From: Lytechinus pictus
Lineage: Eukaryota
Assembly: GCF_037042905.1 (NCBI RefSeq)
Contig: NC_087252.1
Location: forward strand, 7,504,001-7,568,000
DNA: 64,000 nt
Reading direction: 5' to 3'
The notes under the pieces were generated by a model, which saw only the letters and a program-made list of their open reading frames with translations, ran no database searches and was not told the DNA's origin. Positions 25,054 to 36,764 of this stretch are shown piece by piece (position 1 is the stretch's first letter; every line of letters starts with the position of its first letter). The position numbers were made by a program, and so were the translations under genes.

Positions 25054-26471
25054 TTAAGAATTAGTGTAGGCTAAGACCGTATTGTTTTGCAGGGGTTTGT
25101 TAATCTTATTTACATTAGGATTTTTTGAGTCAGTCCTGGGTCTAGTCTATTCCTGGAACGCTCTAGCTTGGTGAGCGGGCTGGTCGCAGTAACCCCGGCT
25201 GATAAACCAGACTCATAGTCATATGAGCCAGGGCTGACTGAAAAAATCTGAATGTAATTTTTAAGAAGCCCCACGAAGCTATAGACAGATCCCATTGCCA
25301 TTGGTCTAGTATATTTGATGTTATTAGTTGTGTCAATATTCTCCATTGCACTGTTTGCAGTCTGCAGAGTGCAGAGCATGCTATAGTTAGAGTTATAGAA
25401 ATGAACAGTTTACAGTTTAGAGACTAGACTCAGTCTCAGTCTAGAATATGGTCCAGACGCAGTCTCTCATTTTAACAATTGGAATATTTTTAAAATAAAA
25501 GGAGTAAAAATTTAATTCTTAAGACTCAATAGTAGATAGATTCATAAAAAGATCTACATGTTAAACTTTAAAACTTAAGTTAAGATTTAGTCTAAGAGTT
25601 TTATTCAATATTAATTTGATCTAGTGTATTATATATGGGAGACTGGTCTAGCCTCTGGGGTTACTTGGGTCCTGGGGTTAGTTGCGCCCCTTAAAGGTAA
25701 AGACCAGTTTTGGAAACGCCCTTCTCTCCAAAAAATAAAATGGAAGCTCTCATTACCAATCATGCATGTGAAAGAATATGTTTTGACTAATACGTGATGA
25801 TACAAAGGTTGCCGGAAAAGTCCGGAAAACGCCTACTTATTGATATATTTGATAGCCATGCTGTCAGTGTGAAGGTAAAGTGTCACAATTTGAAATCCAT
25901 TGAGTTATTTAGGGTTCCATAACCGAGAACTAATAAACATGCACTTTTCAATATTGAATTGAGTGTTTTGCCCCTGACAGTGACATCTAAAAATTACTGT
26001 TTTAAGGATTAAAGATGTTTTAAGGATTAAAGTGGTCATGACTTTAGCTAAATAGCCTTTCCACACAAAATACACATTTTCCAGAAGAAAAGGCCTAAGG
26101 ATTGAAAAAATGACATGGAAATTGAAAGTGAGGTATGGATACAAGTATTGATATTATTCTGATTGAAAATATGTGCTTTGTTGCTGCCAATATCATAATT
26201 TAATTGAAATTTTTCAATTTTCCCATCTATTTTGCAAGACTGACTTGTGTCCTCTGTGATTTTAATGCACAAAACTTCATCCTGGCATTACATGTACGAT
26301 TTCATTCAAATTCCACTTAAAGGTAAATGCCACTTATGTTAAGAACAATTTTGACATTGAGTTTGTACAGAATTGAATCAAATTGAATTCATAAGCATCC
26401 GCAATGCTAAAATAATTGTATTTGTTGCATTAAGATCATATGCATGTTATTGTTATTATTTTGATTTATAG

Positions 26472-26969
26472 AAATTTGTGATGGATCTACAGAGAGCCTA
26501 TCTTGAGCGTGTAACGGTCCAATTACTGTGCAGGTTCCCAGATGTTTACTTAGATGCAGTTGCTGCTGTCGAGCCCTCCCAGACTCTTGAGAGACCTGGA
26601 CCGAGTAATCAGCCTCCCTCATGGTGTAGATGTACAAGGTGTGTGCCAATGCCAACAGAGATAGAGAGTGTGTGCTGTCGCCTGCGTACTTGTGTGACCA
26701 CAGCTCAATTCTTTACTGATGCAGTAATTAATGGCAATGTCTTGGCTGCGTGCATGGCAGCCAGTAATGATGCATTCCCACGAGACGTTCCGCGTTCTAA
26801 CGAATCGTATAGGCACTACGCATACAAACAGTTTACGTACATTACTCATGGGCACCTTGGAGCAGGAGTGAGGAGAGTGGTTCCATCGTGTGCAACATTG
26901 AGAATCAGAAATGCCTATCCTTCAACAACCAGGGCTTACCGGGGCTATGTGGATGGAGTACAGGATTAA
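26472..26969 (+). CDS. P2X7 C-terminal ballast / nanor / Kolobok KolX-like Cys-rich protein, terminal exon
   Basis: Acceptor tttatag at 26471; open frame KFVMDL...PSWCRCTRCVPMPTEIESVCC...NESYRHYAYKQF...HGHLGAGVRRVVPSCATLRIRNAYPS...YRGY. Confidence 0.85.
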   Translation, partial: KFVMDLQRAYLERVTVQLLCRFPDVYLDAVAAVEPSQTLERPGPSNQPPSWCRCTRCVPMPTEIESVCCRLRTCVTTAQFFTDAVINGNVLAACMAASNDAFPRDVPRSNESYRHYAYKQFTYITHGHLGAGVRRVVPSCATLRIRNAYPSTTRAYRGYVDGVQD

Positions 26970-27186
26970 ATGCCATCTAACCTCACAACTTGTCAAGATA
27001 TTTCTTACCCAGTCCTGATAGCTTTATAGTTTTTCTTATCGTTAACATTGATCTATTGTTGCATTTTACTTCTTACATTTCTTTTTTCATCAGAATATGG
27101 AAGTCTTTCTTTACCCTTTTAGGTATAGTCAGTCAATTTCTTTATGGTTAAGCTGAATTAACTCAACCCCCCTCCCGCCCCCCCCC

Positions 27187-27219
<33 letters not shown>

Positions 27220-27868
27220 ATGATTTATTCTCTTTTATTTTATTTTATTTTATTTTATTTTTTGAAATTTTTCACGGTGTTTGATTTTATTCTGTAACAA
27301 AAGAATCTTGTTAAATTTGACTAGTGTTACAAATTTAAAATTTGAATATGAAAATTGTTTTATTCCATCATGTTAAAGTTTTAATTTTGTGAAATGTAAA
27401 TCTTAAAACTAAATTTGATTCTTTTTTTTTAATGTGTAAATGTTAATGTTGATTTTAAATGTATTGTTTGGCTAGTCTTTGCAAAATTCAGGTTCATAGA
27501 AAGTACATAATTATTGATGAATGCCCAAATTGCACACAAACCTCTAGTATATCTGTATTTGTTGTTGGAAAGATAAAGCAGCTCTATAATGCTCAATTTC
27601 AATTTCACTGTGTGAAAGTATTTTAATCTTTTGTATTGTAACCCGAGATGTGAAAATAATCAATAATAGACATGTGTTGTTAATAAAAGCTGAAAAATCT
27701 TCATTTAAAAGACCAACTTTTGAAGCATATGGAGGAGAAATATGCCTTCATCAAAATTCCAGCAGCAGACGTAATGGATCTGAAAAGCTTCTTTAATCTT
27801 AGCTCCACAAAACTCTGAAAGCCAAAACAGTACATGCATAGACTTGATTTTTTTTTAATCAGGTCGGG

Positions 27869-28151
27869 ATGGAGGCCACTAACAAGTGCTTAAAATGTCA
27901 CCAGAAGTTTGGGATAAAATCCAACTTGACGTGGCATATGAACACCCACAAGGAGAAGGAATTTGTCTGCCTCTCTTGCCACAATTCTTTTCATCAGAAG
28001 CAGAATCTCCATACCCATGAGAAAACCCATCTCAATCCCCAGATAAGACTGTACAAGGGCAAGGAGGCACTTCTCATATCAAAGGCAGAGGCAAAGGAGT
28101 ACAATGAGCTTGGGAAATCTTCCAAAGAAGTTGACACTGTCTGGTTAACAC
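27869..28151 (+). pseudogene. Two-C2H2-finger ORF truncated by the LTR-like insertion
   Basis: CLKC..HMNTH and CLSC..HEKTH; stop codon comes from the inserted repeat; frame plausibly resumes ~30380 (LYEF). Confidence 0.7.
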
Positions 28152-28259
28152 TGTAGTAGCGACTGTCCTGGGGGCCTGTCTTCCGGAATCTTTGGGATGA
28201 CTTGGCGGGGTTTCATGACCTGCGACCCGGGGTCATGTGCAGCATGTTCGCCCTCCACA
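28152..28259 (+). repeat. 5' terminal direct repeat (108 bp)
   Basis: tgtagtagcgactg...gccctccaca; internal hairpin catgacc/ggtcatg. Confidence 0.9.
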
Positions 28260-28497
28260 CTCGCCGTGCCGAATAGGTGCTGGACCTACGTCTACATAGG
28301 TTCCTGATACTTGCAGGGGGATTAATGGAGAATAATTTTGAATCTCCTCTGCAGGTTTTGGCTCAAGATGTCGGGTGTATACCTGCACCACCTGTTGGCC
28401 TGATGGGCATGTGAATGGGTCCAGTCGCGTCGACTTCTTCATCCTAACTTCCTGGTGAAAGCCGGGAAACTTCGTTCATTGGGGTTTTGTTTCGCGC

Positions 28498-29834
28498 TTG
28501 CGAGCTAAACAACAGCTTGGTGCCCTCAAATTTCTTGCGAGGGAGCTCATCAAGAGTGAGCAGTTGTCTACCCTCGTTGAGTGGGTAAATAAGAAAACTG
28601 CTACCGGAAAGCGGTATGAGTGGAATCTCCCCGACCGTGTTCAGGAAGAGATGTCCAGTTTTGCACGCCACCTAGGGTGGAGTATCCGGGAGGGGATCCA
28701 GGTAGGCCATCTGAACCACCCAGTGGGACTCCTCCATTGGAGGAGTCTATCGTTGATGTGCAATGAGCTCACAGCCGAGGCCTGGAAGCGGTTCCTGGAG
28801 CTTGGCGATCCCGGTAAACGAGAGATGGAGAGGCGTTTGAAGGAGCGTCCCTCTTTCCAGGGAGCCACGGGTGGCCATGCCTCCTGTTCCCGGAGAACGC
28901 AAGGATCCGTAAAACGCACCCGTAGCGCCACTCCCGCGAACCGTGAGCGGGCACCTTTTCCCCCTGCCAAGGAAATGCACCAGTCGTATGCCAGGGGGTC
29001 CCGCTCCAGAGGGCGGGGCAGTTATCCCGCCTTTGACAGCCACCTCCATTTGGATCGACTGGAGGATTAGACCGGGGTAAGCGGTTCTGCTGCTATGTGG
29101 GTCAAATATGACAAGGCCCTCCGCAGGTACCAGTGTCCGTCAGAGAGGCGGTATTCAATTATGCCGACCCTCATAGTTGGAACCGTATCGTCACACCGGA
29201 ATCATGCAGTCTCAATCGGGTTTCACCCGAAACATGCGCAGTTCGGGGACGAGACTTCTCTCGCGGAGTTCCAGAGGAAACTCTGAGAGGAGCGACCCGA
29301 CGCTATCGGCGAGGTCGGGCTCGATTATACCTATTCCCATCTCGAGAACCAGAGGGGTCTCCTAAACCGAATCCTGCTCATGGGTGTGTCTGGTAGGGTT
29401 CTCATCCTTCATATATGCGGGGATAGGGAGACTGATCCAATGGGGACCGTACCTTCAGAGGAGTTTCGCCGTATGCTTGTCACTGCATATAAGTCGTCAT
29501 CAGCGCATTCCTTTGCATTGTTGCGGGCTCCATCCTCAGGAGATCGCGCAATGGACAAGTTCATTCCCTGAATGTCATTTTGGGGTGACTGGGACCGTAT
29601 TTAGTTTCAGTGCGACCCAGCGGGATGGGGTTCTCCGGATACCGGATGACCGCCTCCTGCTGGAGACGGACTCACCCTATTTGGCGACCACGGCCTCAAG
29701 AAGCCGAACTCCCCAATGTATATCGGGGCGATCAGGAAAGAAGTAGCTCGCATTTGGCGCGATACGACAGAGTACATTCTTCGTCGGACCCAGGAAAATG
29801 CCTTCAGGCTATACATCTCGGGAGCCCGGTGTTA
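28498..29834 (+). pseudogene. tatD: Unknown N-terminal domain fused to TatD (TATDN2-like) nuclease; several frameshifts and stops
   Basis: FDSHLHLD, AVFNYADP, IGFHPKH, AIGEVGLDY, VLILHI, RIPLHCC, DRLLLETDSPYL, NSPMYIG, TQENAFRLY in canonical TatD order. Confidence 0.92.
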
Positions 29835-30279
29835 GGCTGGTCGATGTCCAGGGTGCTCGGCCAGTGATGGGTTTTTCTTTCAGGTGTTGCCTTCTGGAAG
29901 GTTTATATTTTATCTTAGCAAGGTTTTACTTGCTCGACCCCATTTTGGGGGAGTTTGTGGGTTTTTGCCCATGTTTTTTTTTAAGTTTAGGCCACTTTTG
30001 GAGTATTGGGAAAGTTGTTTTCGGCCTCCAGATTTAATGTTTTAGTGGCCGGGTTATATTTGTTTTTGTGTTTGGTTACCCCATGTTTTAGGGGGTGGGT
30101 TAAAAAAATATATATTTTTTGAGCTCTCGGTGAAAATTTCCGGGAACCACTACTAGCGGGACAGCCGGTCGCTCCTTGTTTTTAGATTGGGTGGAGGAAT
30201 TTTGTCCCCATTTTTATTAATTTTTCGGAAATGTGGCCAAATTTTTTTTAAACGGGGGGGGGGGGGGGGGGGGGGGGCC

Positions 30280-30377
30280 TGTAGTAGCGACTGTCCTGGG
30301 GGCCTGTCTTCGGGATGACTCAGCGGGGTTTCATGACCTGCGACCAGGGGTCATGTGCAGCGTGTTCGCCCTCCACA
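30280..30377 (+). repeat. 3' terminal direct repeat (98 bp)
   Basis: Matches the 5' repeat except for a 10-bp indel and ~5 substitutions. Confidence 0.9.
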
Positions 30378-30863
30378 CGCTGTATGAATTTTGAATGGTA
30401 AACCTTTTTTGTTACCGAGAGTCCTTTATAGTCAGTTTTGACAATCAACCAAGCCGGAGCAGGCCTAAAGATAGGTAGGTCATTATTTACTTATTTTTCT
30501 TAGGGCTCGCATGGCTTCAACACCGTCTCATGCAGAAGCCGCAGCAAGACCAGGGGCCCGTTGCAGCATGCAAGCTAACATGCACACTGCTCTTGCAGAT
30601 GAAAAAAAAACATTGAAACATGTGTATATCTTCACCCTGGTTTTAACAAAATGATTGAAAAAAAAACCAAGTTACCTGAAATTACACTGATCTAAAACCA
30701 TATTTGTGTACGTTTTATGAAATACAGACATATAGAGATGATTTTTCTCATTAAATTACGATTTTGTATTTTTTAAATACAAAAAAAATATTTTTAAAAG
30801 AAAAAACGTACTGCCGTATTTTGGTTGCAAAAACGTACTGGTTGGCAGGTCTGGTTACATAAA

Positions 30864-33800
30864 CAGCAATTCAGGCAAGGGGAAGCAGAAATTTGTTTCA
30901 ACTGTATTTAAGATAGGACTTGTTTCATCGTTCCACAAGTCTGATCAGGAAGCTCAGGTCAATCACCCTTCCTTCACCTGTCCCGACATTGAATTCCCAA
31001 GCTCCACCTTCCCCTGTTCGTCAGTTCCCCTAAGCCCCACTGTACCAAAGATCCCTACTCCAGATCCCCTAAAACTCATCCAACAAACCCCAGCTAGGAT
31101 TTTGCAGGATGATGAGGATGTTCAAGAGGTACTGGTTCGAGTATCAAGGAAAAAACCAAGGCTGATACCCTGAAGTTGAGGTAGGTGACTGTTATCACAA
31201 AAACACTTTACCACATCAGTGGCATCGAGAAGAGTGGAAGCATCCAGACCCATACCTCTCACTTTGATTATGAGGATTAATGAACTTATTTACTTGTACA
31301 TGCTAGTATTCTTGTGTATATATTCTTGAATGTTTTGTTTTTGTTTATATTTAAATGTTGTTTTTCAGCAATTTAGAAAAGGGGGCAATGTGACGGACTC
31401 ACCAAATAATAGCAAGCAGAATTTACATCATTGGTATCGATTGTGACGTCATAATGGTCCATTTTGCATCGCTGATAAGTAAAGAAATTGCCATTGTGAT
31501 GCAGCGCTGGTCATGGCTACTTCTGGTTAGAACCATTTAGCAATTTGCATAAATTGTGTATTGGATAAAATGTGCCCTCCACATTTTGGCCCATGAAAAT
31601 TAATTACCTCAATGACTATTGTTATTAATCTAGATATATGTCATGTACATGTAGATTGTGTTGGTCTGTGTGCTAAATCTCGTTGACATCTCTTTGACAT
31701 CCTGCTTTTCCCCAACATCTTTGCAAAGTCTTTGAAGGTAATTGTTATCTTTATTCCTTTACTAAGATTTGCCGAGTATTATATGAAAAGAATATTTACA
31801 ATAATATCTGCTGATTTAAGACTACAAGTTTATTATCTCAACTCTCTATTTTGGAAGCTTTAGTGAAAAATTGGGTAAGATAAGGTTTGTTTGAAGCATT
31901 TCATGTGCACCTCACACACAAATGACTTTCTTCCAACTACTACATGTATGCCTAACAAAGAAACAGTTATCACAGGCTTTTATTCTAAACTCACTTTTAC
32001 TTTTTTTTTAAGATTTGCTTAGAAAGAGCCAGAATTGAACTACCAAATACATCCATTGAGCATCCAAATTAGGAGGTCCCCTTGTGAAAGAATTCTGCAT
32101 TCTCTATTCTGTTCTATTCTGGACTCTCTATTATGGAAGCTTTAGTGAGAAATTGGGTAAGATAGAGTTTGATGTGCACCTCACACACAAATTACTTTCT
32201 ACCAACTGCTTTAAGTCTAACAAAGTAACAGCTACCACAGGCTTTTATATAATTATTCTAAACTCTAGACTTTTACCTTTTCAACATATGTGCTTTGAAA
32301 GAGCCAAAAGTTTTCTGCCAAAAAACATCCAGAGTGTCTGAATTAGGAGGTCCCCTTGGGAAAGAACTCTGTAACACTGCAGCAGGGGCACAAAGAAGCA
32401 ACAGAGATGGCAAGACAGGCAAGTCATCTACCATCAACAGGGAGCTCCTTGTAAACTTTACAGAGCTATACCACCGAAAATCATTCTTAACCATCAAACC
32501 AAAGAGACATCATCAGTCCTTCAAAGGTTTCCAGAGTGTTCCTACTGTAACAGAAGAAATAAAAGGGACCCTTAAGAGCGTCCTACTTGATTACAATGCA
32601 AAGTAGGACTGGGAAAGGCCTCTGATCAATCGGACAGGACGGTCATCGACCCACCCAGCGCATTTGGATTTCAAAGTACTGGAGTTCTAGAGTATCACGA
32701 TATTACATGTAGTTATGACACCTTCCCGTTTCGTCAGTCCCCCCCAGCCACACTGTACCTTAAGATCCCTTCTCCAGCTCCCCTAGAATTCACAAAGGTT
32801 TTACAAGTGTTCCTACTGTATTAGAAGAAAAGGGACCCTTAAGAACGTCCTTCACCATTCCAGTGCAAAGTTAGACTAGGAGAGGACTCTGTTCAATCAA
32901 TGAGTGAGACGGTCATGGACGTACCCAGTGCATCTGGTTTTCACAAAGTACTCGAGATCAACAGTATCACGATATTACATTATAATATGAAACTAGCAGC
33001 AGTAACGAGCTTCCGACACCAGATTCCAATTGAGACAAACAAATGCAAAAGCTCTAGCCATGATTAATAGACAAGAGAACAAAGAGTTAAATCCACCATC
33101 AAAAGACGCTGGGTTGGGTCATACCAGCAATTCAGGCAAGGGGAAGCAGAAATTTGTTACCTTACTGTATTCATCGAGCTAGAAACTGTATCATTGTTCG
33201 AGTTTGATCAGGAAGCTCAGGCAGATCACCCTTCACCTGTCCCTACATTGAATTCCCAAGCTCCACCTTTCCGTTTCGTCAGTCCCACCCCCCCCCCCCC
33301 CCACAAAAAAATGTACCAAAGATCCCTACTCCAGATCCCCTAAAACTCACCAAACAAACCCCAGCTAGGGAGGGTTGATATTCAAGAGGATGTTTCGAGT
33401 ATCAAAGTCAAATACCAAGGCTATTTTATCACATCAATGGCATCGAGAAGAGGGGAAGCATCCAGACCCATACCTCTCACTTTGATTATGAAGATTAATG
33501 AACTCATTTACATCATTCTTGTATGTATATTCTTGAATGTATTGTTTTTGTTTATATTTAAATGTTATTTTTCAGCAATTTAGAAAAGGGGGGCAATGTG
33601 ACGGAATCACCAAACAAATATCAAGCAGAATTTACGCCATTGCCATCGATTGTGACATCATAATTGTCCATTTTGCAGTGCCGATAAGTAAAAGAAATTG
33701 CCACTGTGACGTAGTGCTGGTCATGGCTACTTCTTGTCAGAAACCATTGGCAACACACATAAATTGCGCATTTGATAAAATGCACGCTCCATATAAATTA

Positions 33801-34900
33801 ATTACCACAATGACAATTGACATTAATCTAGATATAGATTCCATCAATTTGGTCAGTGTTCTAATCTCGTTGACATCTCTTTTTGGCTGTTTTTCCCCCG
33901 ACATCTTTCCAAAGTCTTTGAAGGTAATTCTAATATTGATTTCTTCACTAAGATTTGCTGAGAATTATAAGAAAAGTTTACAATAATAACTGCTGAATTT
34001 GAGACTACAAGTTTATTATCTCGACTCTCTATTTTGGAAACTCTAGTGAGAAATTGAGTAAGATAAAGTTTGTTTGAAGCATTTGATGTGCACCTCACAC
34101 ACAAATTTCTTTCTGCCAATTGCTTAGTCTAACAAAGTAACAGTTACCACAGGCTTTCATATAATTATTCTAAACTAGACTTTTATCTTTTCAACAGATG
34201 TGCTTAGAAAGAGCCAAAACTTAACTGCCAAAAACACCCACAGAGCATCCGAATTAGGTTTCCTTGGGAAAGAACTCTGTAATGCTGCAGCAGGGGCACA
34301 AAGACTCTTTGTTCTGGACTCTTTTTTATTTTGGAAGCTTTAGTGAGAAATTGGGTCAGATAAAGTTTGATGTGCACCTCACACACAAATTACTTTCTAC
34401 CAACTGCTTTAAGTCTAACAAAGTAACAGCTACCACAGGCTTTTATATAATTATTCTAAACTCTAGACTTTTACCTTTTCTACATATGTGCTTTGAAAGA
34501 GCCAAAAGTTTTCTGCCAAAAAACATCCAGAGCGTCTGAATTAGGAGGTCCCCTTGGGAAAGAACTCTGTAACACTGCAGCAGGGGCACAAAGAAGCAAC
34601 AGAGATGGCAAGACAGGCAAGTCATCTACCATCAACAGGGAGCTCCTTGTAAACTTTACAGAGCTATGCCACCCCAAATCCTTCTTTAACATCAAACCAA
34701 AGAGACATCATCAGTCCTTCAAAGATTTGCAAGTGATCCTACTGTAACAGAAGAAAGAAAAGGGACCTTTAAGAGCACCTTATTGAACTATAGCACAAAA
34801 TTAGACTGGGAAAGGCCTCTGATCAATCAATTTGATCAATCGGACAAGACGGTCATTGACAAGAACATCTGGATTTCAAATTACTGGAGCTGAAGTAGAG
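30864..34900 (+). repeat. Diverged tandem segmental duplication (~2.26-kb offset) with internal sub-repeats
   Basis: cagcaattcaggcaaggggaagcagaaatttgtt at 30864 and 33126; colinear homology to ~32700 / ~34900. Confidence 0.85.
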
Positions 34901-34907
34901 TATCATG

Positions 34908-35043
34908 ACTGCCGCCTTTGCTTGCCCACACTGCAATAGACTTTTTTCGGCTGATAATTGGTCTATTTAGCCATCTTCGAACCCAAAGAAATTTTTTAAG
35001 GTTGTGGTCATCTTTGCTACAAAGGACGGACATCATCATCGTC
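34908..35043 (+). mobile_element. RTE-type LINE 3' end fragment
   Basis: FACPHCNRLFSA/IGLFSHLRT C-terminal zinc finger, short 3' UTR and (CAT)n tail. Confidence 0.65.
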
Positions 35044-35059
35044 AGCAGCAGTAGTAACA

Positions 35060-35320
35060 CGCTTCCGACTTCGGTGTGTTAAGTGGAAAAGACGAGGCAG
35101 AGGTTTGAGAACCACCAGGCTTCAGTCTGTCACAACGTGGCAATTGGGTCCACCCCAAAGGCTCAACCAACAGTTCATACTACGATTGACTCGAGCCTTC
35201 GAAAGTAACATGCAATCGCCAGAAATGCCAAAAGGTGTTCAAGTGCCTATATGACATCCTGCGTCAGGATCTTACTTTCAGAAGTCACACAACTGAGGAA
35301 GGAAATTTCCTGCAAACATA
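35060..35320 (+). mobile_element. hAT (ZMYM1/DUF4371-like) transposase fragment
   Basis: KWK..RFENHQASVCH (TTF-like) and NRQKCQKVFKCLYDILRQDLTFRSHTTEEGNFLQ (cf. RQGLAFRGH..GNF). Confidence 0.65.
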
Positions 35321-36764
35321 GAAAATAACAAAATAATTTTCAAACCCATCAACATCTAGCAGAGAATGCTCCAAGTCGACACAACCGGGTAGAACCATGT
35401 TCATTGAAAGTATGTGAGAGAGAATATCTATGAACCATCCATCTGATCAGCTAAAAGATGAGCTAAAACATCTCCATTCAAAAGGACCAAGCATATGGAG
35501 GAGGAATATGGACCTTCATCAAAATTCCGTCAGCAGAGGTGATGAAACTGAAAAGCTTGTTCAATCTTACCTGACTAAACTACTCAGCAAGACAATGAAA
35601 TCAAACATGTACGGTACATGCCAAGGACGAACTAACGCATCTGATGGAGGAATATATCTTCATCAAAATTCCAACAGCAGATGTCATTGAAAAGTTTCTT
35701 TCATCTTAAGCTGCACTAAACTATGAAAGCTAAAACAGTAAGAATACAACGGCAATATTATTCAATTCAACAGTAAACAGTAGGTTTGCAAGCTAAAAAC
35801 ACATTTTCTCTGTGACATACACTATATCTATTGTAAGCACCTTGAGAGTAAAATAATTCATTGTTATGTTATATCGTAAAGCGCTTTGAGCATGTTTATA
35901 TGAAGAAGTGCTATTTAAATGTTAAAATGTATATTATACTTTCGCTTGATTTGTTTTTTTCTCAATCTTCCAATGTTTTTAATGTTTTATCACATTATGT
36001 GTTTTACTTATGTATTTTTTAAAAAAACTGGAGAAGTTAATTGTATTAAACATTCCCATTGCTAGGTCTTTTGGTGCCTTTGAAGCAGTGCCGATATTGG
36101 GAATTAAATCTTGATGACGAAAGCTCAAAGCTGTGCACTTTCAATACGCCATTCAACATAAATTAGGTGCCAGATATTACTGAAAGACAATCAAATTAAT
36201 TCTACAAGGCTTGGAATATAGAAAGAGATAATGACAATATTCTTGTCCGAGGCAAGAATGGCGCCAAGTAGAACATTGCCTGCACAAGGTCTCCAGTGTG
36301 CATAAGTAAGAAACAGGAAATTAAACTTAGTGCAGATCTAAAGTCAAAGAGGTTAATACATGTATTGTATGTAGGTTATGGCAATAAATCCCCCTTTTTT
36401 TGTTAAAAAAACTTTTACTGCTTCTGTTTCCTCCAAATTGGCAGGAGTACATGGAAACAAAAACTTTCAGGATAGCATGTTTGTCAATTTCTTTCTGATA
36501 TTCAGTCACCAAGTTTGTGAAATAAGTGATCAAAATCTCTCCTTTTTTTAAGGAAAAAAAACATTGCTGAGAAAAGGTGCTAGATACAGAATGCAGATAT
36601 TAAACCCTCTGAATTTTCACAAAGAATTGGCATTTGAACAAAAGATTCAACAGCTACTACGCTTCTGTGAAATTCTCATGCAAGATGATACTTGGAACAT
36701 AATTGATATTACCGACCCTTTAATAACAAAGCTTTAGTCAGGCTTCATCTGGCGGGAGACTCTA

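Larger units (their letters stand above)
28152..30377 (+). mobile_element. LTR/TRIM-like element with short terminal direct repeats, carrying a TatD nuclease
   Basis: Direct repeats at 28152-28259 and 30280-30377, TGT...ACA; poly-G tract 30254-30277 before the 3' repeat; GC-rich interior. Confidence 0.85.

Noticed and set aside
25684..25715. Right TIR of the putative Kolobok starting at 20352
   Set aside because: gcgccccttaa only partly matches the expected acgcgcct-ttaa; ttaaaggtaaag looks like the start of a different element
26478..26969. P2X7 receptor gene
   Set aside because: Only the ballast-like domain is present; no transmembrane or ectodomain exons
28498..29834. Bacterial contamination or HGT of tatD
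   Set aside because: Embedded in eukaryotic repeats, decayed, flanked by LTR-like repeats, and motifs look TATDN2-like; a phylogeny is needed to exclude it fully
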